The notes under the pieces were generated by a model. It did not search any database and had not been told where the DNA came from. It was given only the letters and a program-made list of their open reading frames with translations. From Balanoglossus misakiensis (taxonomy: Eukaryota > Animalia > Hemichordata), in NCBI GenBank assembly GCA_040954595.2, contig CM082589.2, positions 2,039,498 through 2,103,497 on the forward strand: a stretch of DNA of 64,000 nucleotides, given 5' to 3'. Both the position numbers and the translations under genes were made by a program. Numbering within the stretch: position 1 is the first letter of the stretch; each line of letters begins with the position of its first letter. Shown piece by piece: positions 46,001 through 58,118 of the stretch.

Positions 46001-49000
46001 ACTGGTGTACGTTTTACAGGGACACAACCTACGAACAGAGGGTTGATACTGTTCTCAGCTGGATTTCCATGCCCGAGGAAAAGAGGTAATGTAAAATCTG
46101 CTTAGCTGAGTTTGAGTTTAATTGCAATTACTCCTTTCTTTACTCATCTGTTCCAACTGATGTGACTGAAACATATTGTCTTTTCTAGGCCGAATTTCAT
46201 AACGCTTTACTTCGATCAGCCAGACACGGAAGGACATGTCAGTGGCCCTTTCTCCGATGATGTGAGTATATGTATGCGAGGTTCTTCTCTGCATGTACAC
46301 CACACCACACCACACCTTAATTTACACTGTCAGTTTTCCCGGAGGTGACATCTCTACTATCACGTTTCAGACAAACAATGTTTTAAAGATGATGGACAAG
46401 ACTGTGGGTGATTTGATGGACGGAATGTTGAAATTGGGTCTCCATAACTGCGTTGACCTGATGGTGTTAGCTGATCATGGTATGACTGAGCTCAGCTGCA
46501 ATCGAGTGTTCTTTATGGGAGATGTAAGTCACATATCTTAGTTCGAATGATTTTTTTTTTGCATTTGTGCATGGCTGCCACTGTTAGCATATTTTGTTTG
46601 GTGAATATGGAGCAATAACTTACAAACCACTTTCTCTTTGTCGACAGTACATAGATACTTATGACTATTACTACAGACTCGGAGCTGTGACACGTCTCGA
46701 CCCCAAATCGAACGGTAAGTGCTTAAATTGGTCACGTGTTTTTTGGCCATAGGTTGGCTAATGACTTCTGCCCTGTTTTTGCTTTAAATTTTGGTTAATA
46801 AAGTGATTCAGGTACATACATGTACTTGTATGCCTTTTTCCTTCTTAGCGGAAATAAAAGAACCCACAGAAGTTGTTGACAGAATGCAGGTATGTTAATT
46901 GACATTATTCGTTGGCCAATTCTTCCCATGATAGGCATTATTAGCTATTTCATAACTGCTACAATAATGGCAGAAACAACAACAACAACAACAACAATTT
47001 ACCGTATCTCTAATACACTGGACTGTGTTTATCGACCACAAGATGAAAACTTTACTTTTCATCAACTTACTAATGTATCAGTGCAATTGTTGTCAATGTC
47101 ATGAAAATCACCGTCGTCTTACATAACTATGAGAGATTTAGAGATTCTCTTCTTGTGTTTAGTGCCAGAAGGAAAACGTCACCCCATACGTGAAGTGGGA
47201 GCTGCCTAAAAACTGGCACTACGCCAACAACCGGCGAATTGAGGACATACTAATCGTGGCCGATGACGGCTGGACGATATCCCTGTAAGTAACACTGAAT
47301 GAACCTTGACGTTTTGCAACAACAGTCTTTCTTACAGAGACACAGGTGAAATATCTAGCCACTTCGGTCGCGCTAATCGTGTTCTACCTTTTATTTTAAT
47401 CATTAGACGAAATGACTCATCATACAAAGAACGTTACTGTTCAGGAGGCACTCACGGATATGACAACAAGGAGATGACGATGGGGGTAAGAAAGGATCAT
47501 TTGCTTCCTTCCCTTACATGTACACCGCACGCAGAAATTTAGTTAGCTGAAGGGCATAATTGGCAAAGTAATTGGTCTGACAAACTTTTCCTGTGTTTTA
47601 TTTCCCTCAGGCACTGTTTTTGGCACATGGACCGTCATTTAAACAGAATATCAAGATGGAGACCTTTTTAGCCACGGAGTTGTATAACTTGATGGCAGGT
47701 AAATAATTAGTTATTTTTCAGTTTCACATGCCCTAAAGCATGGACCAGGGTCAGTTATAGGTACATCAGTTTGAATGTAATATCTGTCTGTGCATACATG
47801 TAGTTCAAAGTTCACACCCATTGTGTTGTCACGGCAATCAATACAAACACCACCGCCGTCATAATTACCAAAGATACCCAAGATTTTCCCCACTTAATCC
47901 CAACAGATATTTTGGATTTGGAACCAGCCCCTAACAATGGCACCAGGGGAAGTCTGAACTACATCTTACGAAATCCAAAACCGATTGAAGAGCCAGACAA
48001 GACAGAGACCACGGCACCAAGCGATTGTCCATATCCGTCAGACTATAACCAAAGAATTGAGTTGGATGCATCGAATTGTACTTGCGACTCCATACAGGTA
48101 ACGTAGAAAAAACAATATAGCTTTGTGTTTGAAAAACACTCGATTGTCATATAGTAGACACGGAAAGAAGCAACTATCTTAATGCAACATCATGACTTAT
48201 TACTTCACAGAACCACACAGATAAGACGATTGAAGATTTCGATGAGCAGCTGAAATTGTCACCTTCTGAAGGTAAGGATAAATTCACTTGTCTATATTCA
48301 AGATAGGTGATTGAATGTCAGGTAGATAGAGGCAATGTACATAGACACAATGAAGATAGATACATGTATATGCATACATATAGATACGACGAAACCACAC
48401 ATTGCTGATGTGTCCAACTATGACTGCAAAACTTAATCTACAAACACTGAGCATTTTTTTTAAATTTCAGTCAATGCGTCCCTGGCTTCTAATACACCGT
48501 TCGGGCGTCCTCGAGTGAGATACAATTCTAGCGTGTCACACTGCGTGTTGACGCAGACCAATTACGTCACCGGGTACAGCCATGACTTAAAGATGCCATT
48601 GTGGGCGTCCTATACCATACAGAAACAGGTAATTTGCAGTTACTGTATTGGATTCATAAATTATGAAAGTGACGAATATTCGAATGCTTCACCGCCTAAA
48701 ACCTATGACAGATACCATTTGCAAAACGATACGAGCACTTATTTTCAAGCCACGTTCTAATTTCTAATTAATGTCATAATGAAAATTATTGTTTGTTTTC
48801 AGCCCAATAGGCAACTTCTGTCACCTCTGAATGATTGTTCACGACCTGATGTTCGGGTGCTGAGTGAACACAGTTCAGGTTGCTACGACTACGAGTCAGT
48901 GTCCCATGACAACATCACAAAATCATACCTCTACCCACCAGGCAAGACATTAAATTAATTTAATTCAATATACTGTCATACAAATGAACAATTCGGTATG

Positions 49001-50292
49001 CAAAGAGTATAAAACATTGAGAAGGATATATACATATATATACATACATACATACATATATATACATTGTATCATCTCCAATTGAGATTCAGATTAGTGA
49101 GCAGATTTCTTGAGTGGCTGTACGCCTGATAACTCAGCAACAGATTTTGACGGTTACAACAAAAGCAACACTGGTGTCATCTTTCATTTTTCCCATAGGG
49201 ATTAGCGATACGTTAGAGGGACAGATGGATGCGCTAATTTCGTCGAATTTGGTACCACAAATGGAAGATTTTGTCACAGGTAATTGTCTAGCGGCATATG
49301 CATCAAACATAGTGTTTTGTGGGTGGGTCTACATGTATATTGAAATATTGAAATCAGAAGGAACAGACTGAGTGGTGCTCCATATATCACGCCTTACTAG
49401 CAGTTTTTGGACACAAACAATAGAGATAAATATAACATTAATAGGTTCACCAGTAAAGACAATCTCTCTTTCCTTGTTTAAGACATATGGAATGAAATAG
49501 AAAAGAAACTGGTAGCTTGGGCAGACAAATATAATGGTATACACGTCACATCCGGGCCAGTTTTTGACTACAATTATGACAGTCTCAGAGACACGAAAGA
49601 TGTTATCAGTACGGATGGGTAAGCCTTAATGATGTTCCTAGGAGTGGCAATGTTTGATAGCTTATGCAGATTTGACAAGTATTGAGATAAAACAAAGGCT
49701 GGACAATTTACTATCCTGGGGTTCTAGAGGATTGTAACTCCAACTTTCCTGCTTAATTGCAGGACTGTCTACGGCGATCTTCCTATTCCGACACACTATT
49801 TCATGATTGTTGTTCGTTGCCATGGGGACGAGAGCATCGGTGCATGCAAGGAAAACGCAGAGGTGATTTCGTTCATTATTTCAAATCTCGGAATCAAAAC
49901 ATGTCAGGTGAGTCCTGTTTTCATGAAGATATCAGACTTACGATCTGTAAACACAGTCGACGTGTAGAAATGCTTCATTTAGATCAAAACAATAAAACTT
50001 TGTTATATAGTGTCACTTTTTCTGGAACAAGAAATGTCCGTCCAAAATCTCCATGCACGTACACTACATTATTCAGACTTCTACACACATTCCAAGAGCC
50101 TTTCAAATTCACACATGGATGATCTTTTATTTGAAATTCCCTCCTCAGAGTGTCGACCGATACCTGCAGATGCAACTGGCCAACATCCGGGACATCGAAG
50201 TGATCACAGATCTGCTCATGCTCCCTGACCTACCCATGGAGAAGTATATTGCGCTGAAAAATTACCTGCCCACTGAATTGTGGGAAGTGTAG
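43010..50292 (+). CDS. ENPP1/3-like ectonucleotide pyrophosphatase/phosphodiesterase, tandem copy 2
   Basis: Micro first exon ATG TCC GAC AAG|GTAAGT 43010-43021; 44058-44090; TM 44209-44287; SLDGFR 44664-44755; PTYTFPNHY 44859-44938; 45181-45300; DQPDTEGH ~46188-46261; ADHGM 46371-46523; YCSGGTHG ~47407-47485; nuclease-like exons ending in TAG at 50292. Same exon phases as copy 1. Confidence 0.93.
47725..47882 (-). pseudogene. Decayed laminin EGF-like (LE) domain fragment, laminin alpha-like, antisense inside an intron of ENPP copy 2
   Basis: Translates to [27 protein letters not shown][HV][23 protein letters not shown]. This matches the LE pattern GGGVCxxCxxNTxGxNCExCxxxYYxxxxxxxxxxxxCxxC, with one Cys lost (TTT) and a 6-nt insertion. 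Confidence 0.8.
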
Positions 50293-51306
50293 AAGATTTA
50301 GTACGTCACCACTGCTCTGTGATCATGAATGATATTGTGAAATGCTGAATTCTTTTCATAATAATGTAAATGTTATTATTCTGGTGTTTTGCAAACTTTT
50401 TTGCCGGAACACTGATATATTGTGATTGTTTTCAAATGTTCAAATAAATGGAGAGAGGTTATGCTAGACTCCTAGAGTATCTGAACAAAGATGGCTGACT
50501 TTTGTTTTAATATTAAATTTAATTGTTAACATTATAATGTATGCTTATTTATCAGTAATTGAATGGTGGGAGCATGTGACATCAACAGATGGCACATGTG
50601 TCATCCATGCAATTATTAGTAGATATTTTATCTAATGTGAACACTGATAACCTGTATCGACCATATTTGTAATAATAAAGTCTGTGGCTATTTCAAAATC
50701 GGCAGTGCCCTATATTATAACATTCCCCCAGTGCATCACAGACAAGGCCGTCCCAACTGCAAGCCACAGTAATATTTGTGGTCAGAAACTGGGTTACTGT
50801 GTCAAAAACTGTGCCCAAACTGACATCGTCTAACGATAAGTTTGCCACGCCTATCTGGTCCCAGAAGCAAAGTATATCGGTCTGTTAGCCACATGTTGGC
50901 CACATGTATGCACCACAGAACACTGTACTAATTACCATCGGTTAGAGAGTTTACATGAACGCTGACCCATAACATCTATAATGTGTGCTGTTCATAATTT
51001 CATCCATACGACCGTGGAGTTGACGAAAACCACAAAATGACTCCGTTTTAATACACGATAAAAACATGGAAAATGTAGCCACTGTCCTTCACAGAAACAC
51101 ACTCTGCGTTAACTCTGCTCAAACATTGATTAAGCACAACATAATTTAACCCACTGTCTCGATTCACACGGTTATCGCCTGTGAATTTGCATACTGTACA
51201 GTTCTGGGTGACACCAACGATAAGATTATTAAAAACATTTATTTAGTCCAAACCGACCATAGTCCCTGAAGTCAACCTGCGACAAAACACTTCTTGTGCA
51301 AGAATC

Positions 51307-54300
51307 ATGTATGAGGTAAGCATTTAAATCTTTACATACTGCGAGACTTTAATGAGAAATAATTATAATTAGTTACAAACAGGTTGTTTTCAAGTTCATC
51401 ACGTAAGCGATGGAAGTATGTAATATGCGCGTTTTATTTTGATTTCAGAAAAAGAAACAGCCGCCATGGGCCAGAGTTCTGGTTATTGTAAGTTGAAAAT
51501 TACATGCTGTTTCGTCAACATGAATTACATTGACATGTTTGTTATTGACTCGTTTGTTAACATTCAACCCCTGTGTGAAACCTTAATGGTTGTTAAACAT
51601 TCTAAACTGGTATTACTTTGCCTTATACGTGTCTGTCTGTCACAGTGCATTGGTTTAGCATGCGGTTTAACCATTGGTGTTGGTATTGGGTATCGGATCG
51701 CAAATGACACTGAAGAAGGTGAGAACATATGTCAGTTTTTTTTAAACAATACGTGTTCATACAAAAATGAAATTGTGACGAAGGAGATTGAATCAATGTT
51801 AATATTACAAGATTTAGTATTGAAATTTGTGCAAAATCACCTCACCGTATTTGGTTAGTTTTGCTATTAATCTGTTCGATTTTATACGATAGATGTAACT
51901 TCGAAGGAAGATCGCTCGGTCAAAATTTCTGGATGTGCAGACCCTGGTCCGACACCAACATGGCTGGAACTGCCGTGCGAGACAGACCCGGGTCCTGTGT
52001 GCCCAGAAGGGTAAGGGGATAAGTCAATTTTAAAGGGAAACATTTAGTTGGCTGCTTTCGTTTTAGTCACATACTGAAATAAGCAGGGAGATTAATATGC
52101 CCTTCTTAAATGACAGCTTTCTACTTGTAAGGCAAGAAAAAAACGAGACAAAACAATGATTGTATTGGTCTGAAACTTATGGGCATATTGATGCGAATGT
52201 TCTTAGGTTTCGATGATTTTTATCTTGAGACAAATTCTACTTTTATCTGAACTTGCATACCAGAGGTTGATTGATGTATATACATGTACCTCGCTGTATT
52301 TGCCTACAGGTACTCCCGCCCACCCTTGCTTTTGATCTCGCTGGATGGCTTCCGAGCAGAGTACTTGGCACGAGGCCTAACACCAAACATCCAAAAACTA
52401 GGTAAGCAACTCTGCTAAGCAGTTTTTTTTTGTAAAAAAATAAATACAGTAATTTTAGAGGGAGTTGTCAGCTATTGATATTAAATCTATCTGTAAATAT
52501 TACAAGTTTGTATCTCGTCCAAAATCGTTGGAGTTGTAGATATTTATTGGACTACATGGGGCGCAGAGAAAGACATCTGTTTTGATATGGTTCAACTACG
52601 ACGTTTTCTAACCTCAGTTCTTACTTCTTACTTATCACTCTCTCTCCTTGTTTGCCCTCTCAGTTGACTGCGGCGTGAGTGCGCCATACATGATGCCAAT
52701 GTTTCCGTCCTACACGTTCCCCAACCACTATAGCATAGTGACGGTAAATGAAATTTGAATCCTCATATAAACTAAGTTTTAATTTTATTTGGTGAATTTC
52801 CTTTGAATGAGAAGGGACTTCAGCTTGATGTAACTGTGTACCATCTGCATTTCTAGGGCATGTATCCCGAAGCCCACGGCATCGTGGCCAACAGCATGTA
52901 TGACCCAGAAATGGGAAAGTCTTTCAGTTTGAGCAGCGACGAGAAGCTGAACCCGGAATGGTGGGAAGACGGTATTCCGGTATGTATCACCATGGAGACT
53001 TGTCAGAACCACGCCCTCATTTAAGGTTGCTACCAGTGCCACATCGATTCACTGTTTCAACTGGTCCTTTTAAATATTGCTTTCTAGATCTGGGAAACAG
53101 CTGAGAGAAACGGCATGAAGACAGGGGCGTTCTTCTGGCCTGGTTCCGATGTGAAAATTCATGGTATGCATATTTTATTGGAGACATTTTCTTTCTTTAA
53201 ACACGATGTGTTTGCTGAAATTACTTCGTATGGAAAGTCTGGTCACACGTTGAAATCGTAAAAAGAAACTAGGCAATGTTTTCCTTCTTGACTGTTATAG
53301 GTATGTACCCATCCTATTGGAGCCTGTATGCGGGGTAAGTTACGTTCTTTTTGCTTTATAGCATGCGAGAGCGGGCGTTTCTTGGTATAAAGTCACAGGA
53401 GTAATAGAACATACTTTTAACTAGGCCTGTTTTGTTTTGTTTCTTGTTAACAGTGGCGTTTCATACATGCAACGAGTTTTGACTCTTTTGTCGTGGCTGT
53501 CTATGCCGGATGAGGCTCTCAGGTGTGTTGAATGACTTGTATGCGTCATAGCGTTTTCTATCGTTTTCGATACTTAATTAAACTTGCGCCGACTACGAGT
53601 AGTTGATAATATTGTGCGCCTTTTAATACTGTGGTTCATAAATCAATTTCCAGACCTGTTTTCTTGAACGCATATTTCGACGAACCAGACGGTGCCGGGC
53701 ACGACTTTGGACCTATCAGCAATGAAGTGAGTAAACTTCAAATTTAATCCGTCGGAGTCTGCAGGCGACATGGGAGGGGGGCGTGACTGGGCGACCATAC
53801 AATGATGAAACGAACGAATGAATGATGAATGGCATGAAAAACATCCTAAAATAGCGAGTCCTGTTTTATTTTTTTAGCATAAACCCATCATGTGTGTCAT
53901 GTCACGTGGCATTCTCTTTCAGGTAGACGCCATGTTGGTGGAAATGGACAACTTGATGGGATATTTGATGGACGGTGTTGTTGAGCTGAACCTCACAAAT
54001 TGTCTGGACATCATCATCGTGTCCGATCACGGAATGGCACCAGTTGCCTGCAATCGCACGTTTTTCTGTCATGACGTAAGTATGACGCAAGTTTGACTTG
54101 TTTCGACCGATGTGACGTAGTCAGGATTACAGTTGGGAATTTGGTTATGTTTATTATGTCTTTAGAGTGAATTTATCTGGTTAAATTGTTCCGATATATT
54201 TTGTCTCGCAGTACATAAACAGCGATGATTACTACATAAGAAATGGCGCTATCACACGATTGGATCCAAAGTGGAATGGTAAGTAAATGTACCTGAACCA

Positions 54301-57300
54301 TTTGCATAGATTTGCATAGACAGGTGTGACGTTTTGCTCAGACCTTCAACTCTGATGACGAAATACGTGATTACATTGCATTATTGCCGTGGTTTGAAGA
54401 ACAGTAAACAAAACTGAAAACAACGCCATTTTTGACAAGCATATGATACGAAAATTGCTATCACTGAAAACAATATTCAATATGTTTATTCTTTGTCTTC
54501 GTCACAGCGGCCATTCAAGATCCCGATGAAATAGTAGCCCAGTTTCAGGTAAAGAAATACAAGATCAGATTTCTTTTATTCATATTTTCTAGAAACTATA
54601 AATTCGCTTTAAGTGTCTTCTTTCAGTCATCATATAGGCCCGTGTAAGTCTGGGAACAGTTGAAAGAATGTTCTTTTGCGACTTTGCAATTTTGCAGTGT
54701 CAACACGAAAACATGGCAGGTTATGCCAAGTGGGATCTGCCGAAAAATTGGCACTATGCCAATAACATTCGCATTGAGGAGGCGATAGTTGTGTCAGATG
54801 AGGAGTACTACATCTCTATGTAAGTTACCATTTGTTTCTTTCGTCATCAGGACGATTGTTCAAATTTTCGTCGTTCTTTAGACGATCCACTTTCTACACC
54901 AGGTAAATAAATTGCATTCGGAATTTCCTTTCTTTATCAGCAAGCTCGATGAATTTTACGATCCATCGTATTGTTCAGGTGGTAACCATGGATGGGATCA
55001 GAGAGGCAAACAGATGGAGGTTAGTTTGGTTAGCTTAAGGCTGGCGTGGTTAACTTATGGCGAATCAATCTGTGGCCGTATTGGAACACGTCGCAAAACA
55101 ATGTTGGCGTAAATGCAGCAAGTTGTCATACGTCTTAGTGTTTTGCCCTTATTTGACGTTATTAGTCAGTTGCCAGTTAATATTTCGTGCCACTCAAGAA
55201 CGTTTGAAGCTTGTGTACGTGGTTCAACGCTAGCCTTTTCTCATGGGAATGTTTCAATGTTTACATTGTTAGAAATGGGAAGCCACTGTAGTTAACTGTG
55301 ACGATTTCTCATTTCATTTCTCCCACAGTCTCTTTTCCTCGCACACGGACCCTCCTTCAAACACAGCACAGTGGTAGAGCCATTCTACAATATCGAGTTG
55401 TACCCGTTGATGGCAGGTAATGTTAGTAATATATATTGACGACATGGCGTTTTCCCCCTTTTCTCTGACCCATAAAAGTCTTGATTTGTTAATCCCCACT
55501 TGTTCTGATTAAGTTTTCTCGTCGTCACGCTCCACACAGAGATCCTGGGAGTGGCAGAAGAGCAAAACAACGCCACCACAGGCAGCCTGAGTCATCTGCT
55601 CAAAAACCCCAAACCGATCCCACTTCCTGATTTGAGTGGTTCAAGCCCCGCGGGCAGTTGTCCATATCCGGTGGACCAAACGGCATACGATACTCGAAGA
55701 GCCCAAGATACATCAGGATGTACTTGTGCATCAGAACCAGTATGCGAGTATTGCTGATTGATCGATTGATTAAATGATTGATATTTTACACAGAGACAAC
55801 GATGCAATGCCCAACTCATTGATTCTTTGTTCTGTCATGTTACCATCATTTCATATTTAGTTATATTTTGACATAAAAAATATATCTTCTGTTTCCCAGA
55901 ATTTGGAGCTGTATGATGACAGGCTGGATCTTTCTCAACCTGAGGGTAGGTACATTGTTCTGAGAACAAAATGTTCATTAACTGTGCACATGCATTAAGT
56001 AAACATGTGATTCCACTAACGAAGCATATGCATACTGCTGTATCTTGTTACCCCTTAGTAACACTTCTTTCTGTTTCTCATATTCAGCTGATGCATCGAA
56101 AGCTAAACATCTGCCATTTGGCGCAACTGTCGTCAACCACAACACCTCTCACTGTGACTTGGTGAATTTCAATTACATCACCGGATTCGACAGCTCTCGC
56201 CAGGTGCCATTGTGGGCAGCCTACACCGTGGACAGATCAGTAAGCTCGTGCTTGGATGTGCACCAACTAGATATACCCAGCGTCTGTTTTATTCTTGTCC
56301 TGTCCGTTTAGAAATAGACTGTGATAGTTGTGATAGTTTGTTCCTTTGATAGTTGAATCTTTCTATAACCCCCAACACCCGTTAGCGCATTAAAGCGTAC
56401 TAATATGACAAATAACCACGACCACATCATTTCTGTTCCCACACACAGACACCCCGGTTGACATATCCGTTAACCAGTGATTGTGCGAGGGCTGATGTCC
56501 GTGTGCCTGATGCAGATACCCCTGCTTGCACTGACTACAGTTTGCCTGGCGTGACCTACGAAAAGGGATTCAACGTCCACGCAGGTCAGTCGCAAGCTCA
56601 TCCACTTGCGTCCATTGTTGACCAACTTTCCTCCGTGGATCTCGACCACATCTCTGGTCGTTTCCACGTCTGGGCAAAAACTCTACTCTGTCTTGCTTTA
56701 TATGTCATTTCCAGTTACATTCAGAAACAAATCTCGACATTTTTTTCGCCAGGAATTTGGGAGAAATACGACGAACAGATGGACACTCTCATTACTTCTA
56801 ATATGCTCCCGATGAAGAAGAACTTTACACAAGGTTCGTTGTTCTAAAAACCTATACTTTTATCACAGACGGAAGGCTAAACTTCGGGTTCAGGGACTGT
56901 CACTCCTGCGTTTGACATGTCTCATTATTAAATATAACTTTAAACTTTTCCACTTCGCACTTCTTTTAACTATAGAGATATGGAATTACATGGGAAACAA
57001 CATTGTGGCCTGGGCGGACTTATACAACGGCGTGAACGTCATTTCCGGTGCAATTTTTGACTACAACTACGATGGACATAGGGACAACGATACCGTACTC
57101 CTTGACAATGCGTGAGTTCGGCCTAGCATTGAATATTTAATTTTAATTGTAGATATTCATTACCATACTTTTTACATAAGAAGGAATATTCAAATTGTTC
57201 GAACGAGAATCTAATCATGGGTTTTACATACAGGCCGTGCTAAGACACTCTTCTACTATCTATGTGTTTTAGGGCTCAGTCTCAATTTGGCAACACCTGG

Positions 57301-57742
57301 GTTCCGTCACATTATTACGTCATCGTGACTCGTTGCCCTGGGGAACAGGCCTACGGCGCGGCTTGTCAGCAGGATCTGGAAGTTCTACCGTTTATTTTCC
57401 GAGACAGCGAAGGCATTGAGCCTTGCCAGGTGAGTCATCTCCGTCATCTTCGGCCAAAAGACAACAATGTGCACTGTTTCGAAATAAACCACTTGCAAAT
57501 AAGGACTATTACTTCCACCACCATAACACACATAGTCATACATGCAATTTGATGATTGATTGATTGATTGATTGACTACTCCATTCTGTCCACAGACACC
57601 CGAGCGTTACATACAGCTTGACATCGCAACGGTGCGCGAAATCGAAATCCTGACCCAACTCAGCTTTTTCCCTGATTTGCCCATCGAGAAAGCCGTACAG
57701 TTGAAACTCTACCAGAATAGGGACATCTGGCCGACCGTGTAA
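51307..57742 (+). CDS. ENPP1/3-like ectonucleotide pyrophosphatase/phosphodiesterase, tandem copy 3
   Basis: ATG TAT GAG|GTAAG 51307-51315; 51449-51487; TM 51646-51718; SLDGFR ~52310-52401; PSYTFPNHY ~52663-52743; [16 protein letters not shown] 52857-52979; DEPDGAGH ~53654-53726; SDHGM 53923-54075; YCSGGNHG 54941-55019; [10 protein letters not shown] 56976-57111; last exon 57596-57742 (TAA). Confidence 0.93.
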
Positions 57743-57840
57743 AGCATAAGTTATTGCCATGACAACAGAAATATTCATCGAAATAGCTTTTTTGATTTTT
57801 TTGTGAATACAGAGACAATTATACATTGCAACATTTAATC

Positions 57841-57846
57841 AATAAA
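57841..57846 (+). terminator. Candidate poly(A) signal of ENPP copy 3
   Basis: AATAAA about 100 nt after the stop codon, just upstream of the first exon of copy 4. Confidence 0.55.
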
Positions 57847-58118
57847 GTATGGAATGTAAAATCGCGTTAATGTACAAATATCTGAAGTGGTTGAGTGGAT
57901 ACTTGATTGTAGCAAAATGACTGGACGATGATTCAGTGCGGCGTCACCTTCTGACAGCATTCCTTATCTGTTTATGGTTAACATTAATGAGACCTCGGTG
58001 ACATTGCCGATGAGATACAACAGTGTATTTGTTTTCGTCGAACCCGATCGTTGGCCCGAAAGACTCAGCAAAGTTGACCGGTAGCGAAAACTTTTCACCG
58101 TATCAGCCTCACACAAAC

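Noticed and set aside
56449-56584. Possible active endonuclease in the ENPP C-terminal domain (YEKGF resembling DRGH)
   Set aside because: The catalytic His is absent in copies 1-3 (KSFLYPP, KSYLYPP, KGFNVHA), as in the inactive domain of vertebrate ENPP1-3.
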